Source of the DNA: Lama glama
Taxonomy: Eukaryota
Assembly (NCBI GenBank): GCA_028534125.1
Contig: CM052839.1
Location: forward strand, 14,198,001-14,262,000
DNA length: 64,000 nt
Direction of reading: 5' to 3'
The notes beneath the pieces were generated by a model. That model saw nothing but the letters and a program-made list of their open reading frames with translations, had not been told where the DNA came from and ran no database searches. Shown one piece after another: positions 25,871 to 37,187 of the stretch. The position numbers and the translations under genes are program-made. Positions within the stretch are counted from its first letter, which is position 1; each line of letters opens with the position of its first letter.

Positions 25871-28118
25871 CAGTAGATATTGTCAGAGAAACAGATCTGG
25901 GCTTCATGGACCAGGCTGTGTAGGGGAGGTGGTGAGCTCCCTGTCCCAGGAGGCATGCAAGCAGAGTTTGTTGGGGTTTGAGGCCTCATGAAGGTTGGAT
26001 GGGCTGTAGGCTTCTCTGATGGTCAGAGCTGGGCTCCTGCAGGTTCCTGGTGTGGGGCTCTCCCAGGATTTCCATCAGGGCCTTACAGAATAAACAGGCC
26101 AGAGAATAAAAGGTGCCCCACATCTGCCTTCGGAGGGAGGTTTGAAGGCAGAGCCAGGGAAGGCAGGAGGAGGTTTCAGGTTTCCTGTCAGGGTCCTGAT
26201 AGAATCAGGGCAGGAGAGGAAAAGAAGGAAGACAGGCTGAGGAGGGGCAGGGAAGGTGAGAGATGGGATGGGAGGCCAGGGGGCCCACTGAGGCCGAGCC
26301 TGCACCTCTGTTCTTCCATGTGTTCACAGCATGCACACAGGAGCCACCTGGCCTTCTGAGTCTCCCTTGTGCGGGAAGCTGAGAGAATGGGCCACACTTT
26401 GGGAGCCCCAGCCAGCCTTTCAGACCCACTGTCTTGGCTCTCAGGGACTGGGGTGAGGCAGGAGGGGAGCATCCTTAAATTGTGCACTCTGGGCACCTCT
26501 CTCACCTCCTAAAATGCCGCACTCCAAGGCCAGGGGTGAAGGCTCAGAGAACGGGAGTGACCTGCCTGGCATTACACAGCAAGTGGTGGTGGAGGGAAGG
26601 CCATCCCCTTGGCTGTGGGGCTGGCTCTCCACTGGCCACCCCAACTCTTAGCCCTGGCACCCAGCTTCTGCAGAAATTGGTGGGCAGATCTGGCTCCAGG
26701 GGAGAGTGACATGGGGGCCGGTCAGGAATGTCAGATGTGGCTGGTCCCTCCACATGCCACCAGGTACCTCTTACCTGCTGTTTCTTAGCTTAGGTTGTGT
26801 CTCTCAGGCCAGCCCTCCTCTGGAAGCCTTTTCTGACCCCCTGCCTGCTCAGTCTGGGTAGGATGGGGCAGAGCACAGTGATGTGAGAAATGAGAAACAA
26901 AAGAGCAAGAGAGGAGAGAAGGGCAGAGAAGGATGGGTGGGGAGGGGGCAGCCAGCCCTGGGCCCTGCCCTGCAGTCTCAGGCGGGATCTGACCTGCTGT
27001 GTTCTGGCTCAAACACTGGGGTCACAGTGAGGAGGGGACATTGCCATGAGGTTTGAATTCGGGCCTCAGTGTCTTCCAGTCTCAAGTTACACAGATGAGG
27101 TCAAGGCCTTTCCAACAGCAATGCCGTGTTTGTTTTTTGGGGGTGAGGGAGGGCGTGAGCACCCCTGGCTGAGGAGAGGGAGGTGTAGGGTATCAGGGGA
27201 GAGGTCTGTTGCCCTTGGCACCCCTGCAAGGCCACAGAAGGACTCAGGCAAAGGGGGAGTGGGTGTCAGGGGAAGAGGAGGTTGGTCACTGTCCAGCCTC
27301 CTGGAGAAGGAGAGCCACCGGGGCGGGCCGGGTCTCCAGCTCCCCCAAACCACCTGCTCAGTTGGCCACCAAGGCTGCAGGAGACCAGGAGAGGGAGGCT
27401 GGCCTGGGTCTGGGAGTTTGCTTGAGCACAGAAGCCCAAGTTGGTAACCTGGGCTGCTGGCTAAGCTCTGTTCATCTGTGTCTGGGTGTTCAACTTTAAC
27501 CTTACACAGAAGGGGAGATAAGCCCAGGTACCCCTTCAAAGACCCCCGGAGCCTGTCACCCCAGGGCTTCCTCAGCTTCTGTCCCAGGAATTGGGTTCCC
27601 TCTTGGCCTCCCCCTACCCTCCTCTACAGTGAGAATGTGAGCCAGACCCCCCATGCCAGACCCAGCCCCCTCTGCAAAGGGACACCTGTGTGGAGTCAGC
27701 TCTTGTTGTTACTGTCTGGTTGTGCACTTCGGGGTAGGGGTTTCCCTACCTCACTCTGGCACTTACGTGCTTACCCGGCTGGCCAGGTCCATGGGGTGGG
27801 GCGAGGCCCCATGCCAGGCTGCCCCAGGAGGGGACGGTCCCCACACCCACAGCCAGGCAGCCCCGAGCTTAATGAAGCGCCTGCTGGCACTGAGCGCCGC
27901 ACTCATTATCCCGTTTTCTTGTCCCCGTGGATGCCAGGGACATGTGCTTGTCCCATTTTCCGGGGGCGAACTGGGGCTTAGCGCGGTTGAGCCCCGCTCA
28001 GGGTGTCAGCGAGCCATTGATTTCGCTGCGGAGTGCTGGGGCGGCCCGGCCCGGCCCCACGCCCGCTCCGCCGCACCTCTCGGAGGTGCTAACGGAGGTG
28101 GGGGAAGCTGGGGGAACG

Positions 28119-28305
28119 TGACCGCCAGTAACCCCGGCGGACGTCGGCGCGGAGCGGGTTAAGGACTGGCGTCCGCTAGTAACCCCGGTCCGATTCCGCG
28201 TCGCGGGCGCAACCCGAGCCTCTCGCCGTGGGGGCGGGGCGGGGCCGAGGCGGGGCCCCAGGAGGAGGTGGCGCGGCGCTGATTGGCCGCGCGCGCTCAC
28301 CCCAT
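28119..28305 (+). promoter_or_regulatory. SREBF1: SREBP-1c promoter: two LXREs (28119-28134, 28170-28185), GC boxes, inverted CCAAT (28282-28286), SRE (28296-28305)
   Basis: TGACCGccagTAACCC and CGTCCGctagTAACCC DR4s, GATTGG, CTCACCCCAT; TATA-like TTTAAA at 28384; matches the known 1c promoter architecture. Confidence 0.9.
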
Positions 28306-28475
28306 GCCCGGACCGCGGCCCCTGGAGGGCGTGGCTGGCCGGCGGGGCGGGGCTGGCGGCGGGCGCTCCGGGCGCTCCGCGGCTTTAAAGCGCGGCGGGA
28401 CGGGCAGGTGAAGTCCGCGCGCGGAGACCAGCCGCCTGGGCGCCCCGAGGGGCGCGGGCCGCGGGCCGCGGAGCC

Positions 28476-28494
28476 ATGGATTGCACATTCGAAG
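28476..28494 (+). CDS. SREBF1: SREBF1 exon 1c coding part (MDCTFE)
   Basis: gccATGGATTGCACATTCGAAG|gtattt; diagnostic SREBP-1c N-terminus. Confidence 0.96.
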
Positions 28495-29129
28495 GTATTT
28501 TTTTGGAGGATCCCCTTTATCACAGAGCTTCCATCTCCGCCGCGGGGTCCCCATCCCCTGTGCCCCTGGGAACTCCAAAAAGGAACGGGCCAGTTCCTGA
28601 GGGAAGGTGTAACCGCTCCTGGCTCTCAGGGGAGCTGGCGGACCCCTCCCCAGCCTCAGTAGTTACCCCTACCTTAACCTCCAGAGTGACGGGGTGGCTT
28701 CCCCACATCCTCTGCTCCGCAGGGAAGAGGGCCAGTTGTCCTCTGTCTCCTGGGGCCCCCTTCTGGAGGCGCATCCTGGGCTTACCAGACAGACAGCGGG
28801 AACCCTGGGTTCCGCCAGTTCTTCTTTCGGAGCCTCAGTCTCTCCATGTGTCAGGGGGGCTCATGAAAACTGAGCTGAGGGAGGTCCTGCAAGTGGAAAT
28901 CCTCTATGCCTGTGCTCCCTGCGTGAACCTGGAGGGCCCGCGAAGGGTTTCTATTCAAGGACCCAGCAGGGCTGAGCCTGGTTCCCCGATCTCATGCTGT
29001 TGGGGGCCACAGGAAGGACCCCTCCAGGAACTTTCCTGCCTGGGCACCTGTCAGTGGGAAGGAATCAAGCAATGCTGAGTCCCCTGTCCGTGCCACTGCC
29101 TGCCCAGCAGCCCTGCCAAGAAGGGTCTA

Positions 29130-29215
29130 ACCTTTTTTGTTGTACAGATGAGGAAACTGAGGACCAGTGAGAGGGAGCTCCTCATGGCGGGGTGGGCAGA
29201 GCCAGAAGCTCAGGC
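29130..29215 (-). mobile_element. MIR SINE fragment
   Basis: tgtacagatgaggaaactgagg core. Confidence 0.55.
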
Positions 29216-29874
29216 TGGGTCCCGCAGGTTTGCTTACCGGTCCTGCAGGGCACTTTGACCCAGTGAGTGGCTCCCTCAGTGGGTTAGAGGGCCCCAGGCT
29301 GACCCAGTCAGGCTGTGAGTCGCCAGCTGGGGGAGAGGGCCTGTGGCCAGCCTGGGGCTGCAGCAGGGAGCTTGTCCCAGTCTGTACGAGGAGCAGAGAG
29401 TCAGGACAGACAGCATTTGCTTTTGTAGAGAGGAAACCGAAGCCTGAATGGCCGGTCCCGAGGCCACTTGGCTGCAGACAGGATCTGGGCTTGTGCCCAG
29501 AACACACAGGGACACACTGCGTGGCACACATGTGGCCAGCGCCTGGCAGTGCCCCAAGCCTCGGTCTATTCCACAGAGAAATGGGTTGGCGAAGGCAGTT
29601 GCCGAGTCGGCAGTGGTGGGTCCGGGCCCCAGCTCTGCCTTAGCCTCAGCAATGGGCAAATTGGTAGGCCTCAGGGGGCCTCCCCTGCCTGGAGCTGACC
29701 TTGTCCAGTGCTGCAAGGCTGTCTGAGGCACCAGGCAATGCTCCGGGTGTCACAAGTGCCCAAGCTTGGGCTCATGATGTTGCTCCCACATGTATCCCTG
29801 GGTGGTTGGGGCGAGGGTGGGGTGCAGCTGGGCCACCCTCTTGGCCTCTGCTCACCCAGCTTCTCTCTCCACAG

Positions 29875-30306
29875 ACATGCTCCAGCTCATCAACAACCAG
29901 GACAGCGACTTCCCAGGCCTGTTCGACCCCCCCTATGCTGGAGGCGGCACAGGGGGCACAGACTCCGCCAGTCCCGACTCCAGCTCCCTGGGCAGCCTGT
30001 CCCCACCTCCTTCCACCATGAGCTCCCCTCTTGAAGGCTTCCTGGTGGGGGCCCAGGCCACACCCCCGCCCTTGTCCCCTCCCCAGCCTGCACCCGCCCC
30101 ACTGAAGATGTACCCATCCGGGCCTGCCTTCTCCCCTGGGCCTGGGGTCAAGGAGGAGCCACTACCACTGAGCATCCTGCAGGCCTCCGCCCCACAGCCC
30201 CTGCCCGCGGCCCTCCTGCCCCAGAGCCTTCCAGCCCCAGCCCCACCGCAGTTCAGCTCTGCCCCTGTGCTGGGCTATCCCAGCCCTCCTGGAGGCTTCT
30301 CCACAG
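29875..30306 (+). CDS. SREBF1: SREBF1 exon 2 ([18 protein letters not shown]...)
   Basis: acag/gtaagg sites, 432 nt; diagnostic translation. Confidence 0.96.
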
Positions 30307-30665
30307 GTAAGGGGGCATGTGGAGGGAGGGGGGCAGCAGGAGCCAGGGAGAAGGGTCTGTGGTGGTCAGTAGAGGAGCGTGCGGGCCTTAGAACCGGGTC
30401 TCTGCCCTGCTGTCTGAGGCGCCCTACTAGGAGTGTGTGCCAGTGCCCGAGTTGCTGGGTGAAGCACTGCCTCCCACTCTCCTGGGGTGGCGGGGGTGGC
30501 TTACACACTTGCATCAGAGCCCCAGGCAGGGGCTGTCCAGATGGGAACCGGAGGCCACAGAGGGCAGTGACTCACCCAAGGTCCCATGGTGGTAAGGACC
30601 CAAGGGGCGGGTTAAAAGCAGGTTAGGGTGGCCGATGTCCGCAGCCCCAGCCTTTACCTCTGCAG

Positions 30666-30853
30666 GGACCCCTCCAGGGAATACCTCGCAGCCGCTGCCT
30701 GGTCCACCGCTGGCTCCCCTTCCGGCGGTCCCGCCTGTCTCCTTGCATACCCAGGTCCAGAGTGCGGCCCCCCAGCAGATGTTGACAGCCACAGCCACGC
30801 CCATGGCGGCTCCAGGAACCACCACGGTGACCTCACAGATCCAGCAGGTCCCG
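30666..30853 (+). CDS. SREBF1: SREBF1 exon 3
   Basis: tgcag/gtgagg, 188 nt; ends [11 protein letters not shown]. Confidence 0.93.
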
Positions 30854-30938
30854 GTGAGGGGGTCTAGCCAGGCATCAGGGAGGTGGCAGCCCTGGGCCCA
30901 GACCCGCAGCCCACTGCTGAGGCCTCACCCATCCTTAG

Positions 30939-31076
30939 GTCCTGCTGCAGCCTCACTTCATCAAAGCAGACTCACTGCTCCTGACGACCATGAAAGCAGA
31001 CGTGGGAGCCTCCGTGAAGGCGGCAGGCATCGGCTCCCTGGCCCCCGGCACAGCCATGCAGGCAGCACCCCTGCAG
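30939..31076 (+). CDS. SREBF1: SREBF1 exon 4 ([19 protein letters not shown]...)
   Basis: ttag/gtgggc, 138 nt. Confidence 0.94.
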
Positions 31077-31165
31077 GTGGGCGGCAAGTGGGCGGCCCGG
31101 GCAGGGTGGGGGCCTGGGGTCTGCAGGCCTGCATGCCTGCCTGCTAACCGCGTCTGGCCTTGCAG

Positions 31166-31387
31166 ACCCTCGTGAGCGGTGGAACCATCCTGGCGACAGT
31201 GCCGCTGGTAGTGGATACCGACAAGCTGCCCATCAACCGCCTGGCAGCCGGAGGCAAGGCCCAGGGTTTGGCCCAGAGCCGTGGTGAGAAACGCACAGCG
31301 CACAATGCAATTGAGAAGCGCTACCGCTCTTCCATCAACGACAAGATCGCTGAGCTCAAGGACCTGGTGGTGGGCACAGAGGCCAAG
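31166..31387 (+). CDS. SREBF1: SREBF1 exon 5 (bHLH basic region with SREBP Tyr: [21 protein letters not shown])
   Basis: gcag/gtgcgg, 222 nt. Confidence 0.97.
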
Positions 31388-31639
31388 GTGCGGGCGGGGC
31401 CCCCCACCTGGCAGCCCTGGAAGGAGGAGAAGGGTGGGCTGAACCAGACAGGCAGGGCCTGCGCCTTCCGACTTCTCTGGCCCGGGAGCCCCGTCTGTTC
31501 AGCCAGGCTTCGTCAAGGCCCTGTGCACCATGGGCTCTTCTGGGCACTGGGGGTTCAGCGGCAGACACACAGAAACCCTGCTGTGGCTCCAGGGGGGTGC
31601 CAGGGGTGCCAGCAGCCGGGGCGGGTAAACATTAGGGTG

Positions 31640-31915
31640 TGCCCGCTGGAGGAAGGGAACTGAAGCAGAGTGAGGGATGGTGAGAGTTGAAAACCTGACT
31701 TGGGTGGTCAGGGAAGGCCCCACACGGGTGACATATCACAGGAGGTGAGGTGCGGAGATGGTGGCGAGGAGGACAGCAGTTAGCCAGGTGCTGCTGTTTG
31801 TGTTTTACCTATTAATCTTCATGCCCTTCCTGGGAGGTAGGTTCCACTAGGGAAGTAACATTCCACGTGGAAGGAATAGCAGGTGCAAAGGTCCTGAGGC
31901 AGCCGTGTTGCAAAA
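31640..31915 (-). mobile_element. L2 LINE fragment
   Basis: ggtcagggaaggcc...ggaatagcaggtgcaaaggtcctgagg L2 antisense motifs. Confidence 0.55.
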
Positions 31916-31994
31916 CAGCCCTGCCCCTTTTGCTTAGGTGCCCACTTGTCTGCCCTGACTGGCCACCTGTGCTGTCTCCTTTCTCCTCCTGCAG

Positions 31995-32109
31995 CTGAAT
32001 AAATCTGCTGTCTTGCGCAAGGCCATCGACTACATCCGCTTCCTGCAGCAGAGCAACCAGAAACTCAAGCAGGAGAACCTGAGTCTGCGCACTGCTGCCC
32101 ACAAAAGCA
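31995..32109 (+). CDS. SREBF1: SREBF1 exon 6 (helix 2-leucine zipper [18 protein letters not shown])
   Basis: gcag/gtgagt, 115 nt. Confidence 0.97.
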
Positions 32110-32334
32110 GTGAGTCCCAGCTTCCTTGCTCCCTTGGCTCTGGTCCTGCCTCCGGCCCTGTCCCATCCCTGGTCTCACCTTAACCTCTGACCCTACGAGG
32201 GCCTTTCACCCCTTCTTTGGCCTTCAACTGGCCTTCAGGAGCTAGGCCAACTCCCAACTGCCCCCAGGCCCTGAGCTCTGATTTGGGGTGTGCTAGAGCA
32301 TGTAGCTTTTAGCCTGCTCCTTTCTGGTCTACAG

Positions 32335-32555
32335 AATCTCTGAAGGACCTGGTGTCGGCATGTGGCAGTGGAGGACACGCAGACGTGCCCATGGAGGGCA
32401 TGAAGCCAGAGGTGGTGGACACTCTGAGCCCACCACCCTCAGACGCCGGCTCACCTTCCCAGAGCAGCCCCGTGTCCCTTGGCAGCAGGGGCAGTAGCAG
32501 TGGTGGCAGTAGCAGTGACTCAGAGCCTGACAGCCCAGTCATTGAGGACAGCCAG
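32335..32555 (+). CDS. SREBF1: SREBF1 exon 7 (phosphodegron [11 protein letters not shown]; SEPDS)
   Basis: acag/gttggg, 221 nt. Confidence 0.95.
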
Positions 32556-32787
32556 GTTGGGTCCCACAGTGTTGCCCCCTTCCTGTCACCCCTCGATATC
32601 CTCTGGGCCCCAGGACTGGATCAGGCTCCTGACACGTCCCACCTCCCAGTTTATAGACAGAGAAACTGAGGCCTGGAGCCGTGTGGGGTCCCACAGTAAG
32701 GCCAGGTGAAGCGTGATCCCTCCTTCCCTGAGCCGAGCTCTCTGGGCCACTCCAGCCCCGGTCTCACTGCTCTGCCCACCTCAGCAG

Positions 32788-32989
32788 GTGAAGCCTGAGC
32801 AGCCGCCGTCCCCATACAGCCAGGGCATGCTGGACCGCTCCCGCCTGGCCCTGTGTGCCCTCGTCTTCCTCTGTCTCTCCTGCAACCCCTTGGCCTCCCT
32901 GCTGAGCAGCCGGGGACCCCCCGGCCCCTCCGATGCCGCCAGCATCTCCCATGGTCCGAGGCGCAGCACGCTGGGCGCCGAGGGCAGAG
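32788..32989 (+). CDS. SREBF1: SREBF1 exon 8 (DRSR, TM1 with NP, S1P site RSTL)
   Basis: cagcag (NAGNAG) acceptor, gtagga donor, 202 nt. Confidence 0.95.
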
Positions 32990-33119
32990 GTAGGACAAGC
33001 CAGCTGGGGCGTCGCTGGGAGAAAGGTGGGAAGGGGTCTCGGGATGCAGACCCTAGGCCTGTGGGCTCAGGACTCTGGGGTTGCTGGGAGCCATGTCTGC
33101 AGCCCCTGTCTGCCCCCAG

Positions 33120-33298
33120 ATGGCCCTGGCTGGGCCCTGTGGCTGCTGCCCCCGCTGGTTTGGCTGGTGAACGGGCTGCTGGTGGTGCTCTCCTTGGCAC
33201 TTCTCTTTGTCTATGGAGAGCCAGTCACGCGGCCCCACTCAGGCCCCTCTGTGCGCTTCTGGAGACACCGCAAGCAGGCAGACCTGGACCTGGCCCGG
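33120..33298 (+). CDS. SREBF1: SREBF1 exon 9 (TM2, [14 protein letters not shown])
   Basis: ccag/gtaagg, 179 nt. Confidence 0.96.
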
Positions 33299-33566
33299 GT
33301 AAGGGGCTGCGCCCAGGGGTGGGGGTGGGCGGGGCAGGGACCCCAGGCCGTGTGTCGGGGGGTGCTGGGCCCAGCATGCATCTGCCCCGTCCACCCATTC
33401 TAGTCTACTTCTCTGACCCCCACTGACCCCTGGGGCCCAGCTCACGCTTCCGGGGACACTGGTGTCACAGGGAGAGCCCCAGGTGGAGTGCTCTTCAGGG
33501 CTGGAGGGGTGGCATGTGTGGAGGGGCTCCGGCGCCACCTTTCTAACCCAAGAACCTCATCCCCAG

Positions 33567-33828
33567 GGGGACTTTGCCCAGGCTGCCCAGCAGCTGTGGC
33601 TGGCCCTGCGGGCTCTCGGCCGGCCCCTGCCCACCTCCCACCTGGACCTGGCCTGCAGCCTGCTCTGGAGCCTCGTTCGCCACCTGCTGCAGCGTCTCTG
33701 GGTGGGCCGCTGGCTGGCCAGCCGGGCCGGGGGCCTGTGGAGAGATGGGGCTCTGCAGGCGGATGCCCGTGCCAGCGCCCGCGACGCCGCCTTGGTCTAC
33801 CACAAGCTGCACCAGCTGCACGCCGTGG
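33567..33828 (+). CDS. SREBF1: SREBF1 exon 10
   Basis: ccag/gtacgc, 262 nt; [10 protein letters not shown]...YHKLHQLH. Confidence 0.95.
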
Positions 33829-33840
33829 GTACGCGGGTGA

Positions 33841-34080
<240 letters not shown>

Positions 34081-34222
34081 TGATGGGTTGGCAGGGACAG
34101 GGCCGATGGCTCTCTAGCGAAGAGCTGCTGGGAGAAGCAGTTGGTCCGAGGGAGGGCTGCCCTCCGGCGGGGGTCTCAGCCCAGGGTTGGTCCTGGTGTG
34201 ACAGCCCACCCCTCCCCCACAG

Positions 34223-34391
34223 CGCCTCTTCCTGAGGAGTGCCCGCCAGGCCTGCCTGGCACAGAGGGGCTCGGTGCCGCTTGCCATGCAGTGGCTCTGC
34301 CACCCCGTGGGCCACCGTTTCTTCGTGGACGGGGACTGGGCCATGTGCATTGCCCCACGGGACAGCCTGTACAGCGTGGCCGGGAACCCAG
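34223..34391 (+). CDS. SREBF1: SREBF1 exon 12
   Basis: acag/gtgcct, 169 nt; [17 protein letters not shown]. Confidence 0.95.
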
Positions 34392-34574
34392 GTGCCTTCT
34401 CCCCCTCTGCCCCCCTTCCCCTTTCCCTGGCCCCATCCTTCCTCCCCCAGTCCCATTCCTCATGCTCATTCCTGTCCAGTCCCTGGTCCCCTGCCCCTGC
34501 CCACCCTGTCTGTAGCTCTGCCATCTGCTGTTGCCACGGGGGCTGTAGGGATGGGGAGGCCTTCCTGGCTCTGT

Positions 34575-34760
34575 CTCAGCTGGGGCTCTTCAGAGGCAAA
34601 CAGGAAGACAGGGATTTGGGAGCAGGTGGTTGGTCTGGGAGGTGCTCCCGGGCAACATAGCTGTGCAGTGACGGGGTCAGGGAAGGGTGTGTGTCCAAGA
34701 CAAGCTATCCTGTCCGAGGGCAGGGATGGAGTATTAATCCACCAGCTTTCATCTATCTCA
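34575..34760. mobile_element. Degenerate ERVL LTR (LTR16-like) fragment in intron 12
   Basis: cagaggcaaacaggaagacagggatttgggagcaggtggttggtctgggaggtgctcccggg resembles the recalled LTR16-family terminus. Confidence 0.4.
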
Positions 34761-34845
34761 GAGCCAAGCCCACCCATGCCCAGGAAAGGGCCCAGGAGGG
34801 GTAGGGCCCCTTCCCACTGCCCCACTCACCCACTCCTCCCCACAG

Positions 34846-34954
34846 TGGACCCCCTGGCCCAGGTGACTCAGCTATTTCGTGAACATCTCTTGGAACGAGC
34901 ACTGAATTGTGTGGCCCAGCCCAGCCCTGGCCCTGGATCGGCTGATGGGGACAG
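34846..34954 (+). CDS. SREBF1: SREBF1 exon 13
   Basis: acag/gtgagc, 109 nt; [19 protein letters not shown]. Confidence 0.95.
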
Positions 34955-35236
34955 GTGAGCGGCCCTGTGTGCCTCACTAGGCCAGAGGCCCTGACCCTGG
35001 CGTCGGGGAAAGGCTCTGTCAGGCACCCGTGTAGGTGGCCAGAGCTGGGCTGCTGTCCACTCACTGTGTGGCCTCAGGTGCACCCCAGTTCCTCTCTGGG
35101 TCTCAGCTTCCCCCTTGGCCCAGCAGCAGGAGACAGCAGCACTTTCTGGAGCCAGGAAGTCAGGTTGTGCTGTGGGGGTAGGTGAGGAGGGCCAGTGCCC
35201 CTTCAGGACACTGCCACCTGTCCTCTCCTGCCACAG

Positions 35237-35349
35237 GGAGTTCTCAGATGCCCTCGGGTATCTGCAGCTGTTGAACAGCTGCTCCGATGCAGCTGAGGCC
35301 CCTTCCTGCAGCTTCTCCGTCAGCTCCAGCATGCCCGCCACCACCACCG
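35237..35349 (+). CDS. SREBF1: SREBF1 exon 14
   Basis: acag/gtgagc, 113 nt; [17 protein letters not shown]. Confidence 0.95.
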
Positions 35350-35448
35350 GTGAGCCCCCAGCACCCCCAGCCCCAGCTCCACAGCCGCTTGGCCTCGGGT
35401 GCTCTGTGGCCGAGTCTCAGGGACCCCTCCCACCCCCTGTCCCTGCAG

Positions 35449-35581
35449 GCACAGACCCAGTGGCCAAGTGGTGGGCCTCACTGACAGCTGTGGTGACCCA
35501 CTGGCTGCGGCGGGATGCAGAGGCGGCCGAGCGGCTGTACCCGCTGGTGGAGCACCTGCCCCGCGCCCTGCAGGAGTCCGA
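35449..35581 (+). CDS. SREBF1: SREBF1 exon 15
   Basis: gcag/gtgagt, 133 nt; [10 protein letters not shown]. Confidence 0.95.
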
Positions 35582-35728
35582 GTGAGTGTGCCGCCCCTGC
35601 CAGTCTTTGTTGGGTGTGGTTGGGGTCCCCGCCATTTTCTTCCCACGAAGCCACAACGAGGACAAAGGCAGCTTAGTGAGGGCTGGAGACCTGGTCTGAC
35701 CACCACACCTCTGCCTTGGCCCCAACAG

Positions 35729-35894
35729 GAGACCCCTGCCCAGGGCGGCTCTGCATTCCTTCAAGGCTGCCCGGGCCCTCCTGGGCCGCGGGAAGGTGGA
35801 GTCTGGCCCAGCCAGCCTGGCCATGTGTGAGAAGGCCAGTGGCTACCTGCAGGACAGCCTGGCTGCCACACCAGCCGGCAGCTCCATTGACAAG
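35729..35894 (+). CDS. SREBF1: SREBF1 exon 16
   Basis: acag/gtgagg, 166 nt; [12 protein letters not shown]. Confidence 0.95.
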
Positions 35895-36121
35895 GTGAGG
35901 GGTGGGGCTGGGGGCCTGGCTGGTCGTTCCCCTTGGGCTGCAGACTGCAGGGTCAGCCCAACAGCACAGAATGGGGAACCCAGCTGACCTCGCTTGCTGG
36001 CTAAGGTTCGAGCCCAGGGGGGAGCAGGTGCCCCTACCCTGGTGGGGTCGGGATGAGCGCAGTGGCAGGGCCCTCCTTGGAGGCTGCTCCCTAGGCAGGT
36101 GGGGGCGTGGGGGCCTGGAGA

Positions 36122-36215
36122 GCGGGCGGCCCCGCGGTGCATTGCTGTTGCATTGCACGTGTGAGGCGGGTGCAGTGCCTCGGCAGTGCAGCCCGGGGCC
36201 GGCCCCTGGCACCGC
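36122..36215 (+). ncRNA. MIR33B: pre-miR-33b (5p 36137-36156 GUGCAUUGCUGUUGCAUUGC; 3p 36173-36194)
   Basis: Exact miR-33b mature sequence in a hairpin inside SREBF1 intron 16, its established location. Confidence 0.97.
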
Positions 36216-36283
36216 GGGCCCCCACTCTTCCCTCCCTGAGCTGGAGCCCCTGACCCCTGCCCTGCCCTGCCTGTCACCCCCAG

Positions 36284-36484
36284 GCCATGCAGCTGCTCCT
36301 GTGTGACCTGCTCCTTGTGGCGCGCACCAGCCTGTGGCAGAGGCAGAAGCCACCTACACCTGCCCAGGCCTCGCAGGGCCCGGGCGGTGGGGCCCAGGCC
36401 TCTGCCCTTGAGCTGCATGGCTTCCAGCGGGACCTGAGCAGCCTGAGGCGCCTGGCGCAGAGCTTCCGGCCTGCCATGCGGAGG
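36284..36484 (+). CDS. SREBF1: SREBF1 exon 17
   Basis: ccag/gtgagt, 201 nt; LLLCDLLL...[12 protein letters not shown]. Confidence 0.95.
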
Positions 36485-36579
36485 GTGAGTGCCTGGGCCC
36501 CTGGGCTTGCAGTGGGGACTAGAGGCGAGAGGCAGGAGTGGGGGCCTGGCCAGAACCTCACCTGGCTCCTCCTGCCCAG

Positions 36580-36691
36580 GTGTTCCTACACGAGGCCACG
36601 GCCCGACTGATGGCAGGGGCCAGCCCCGCGCGGACACACCAGCTGCTGGACCGCAGTCTGAGGAGGAGGACGGGCCCCTGCAGCAAAGGAG
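36580..36691 (+). CDS. SREBF1: SREBF1 exon 18
   Basis: ccag/gtgaga, 112 nt; [16 protein letters not shown]. Confidence 0.95.
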
Positions 36692-36818
36692 GTGAGAAGG
36701 GCCGACCACCTAGGCGGGGAGGGCCCCAGGCCACTTGAAGGCTGCAGACACTTGAAGGCTGTGTAAGACAGACGGGGACGGAGGGATGGGACGGCTCACC
36801 GGAGACCACTGACCTTAG

Positions 36819-37187
<369 letters not shown>

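Noticed and set aside
28495-29078. 200-aa ORF starting MDCTFE
   Set aside because: Only the first 19 nt are exon 1c; the rest is intron.
36485-36579. Possible miR-6777-like mirtron in SREBF1 intron 17
   Set aside because: No convincing match to the recalled human precursor and no clear hairpin.
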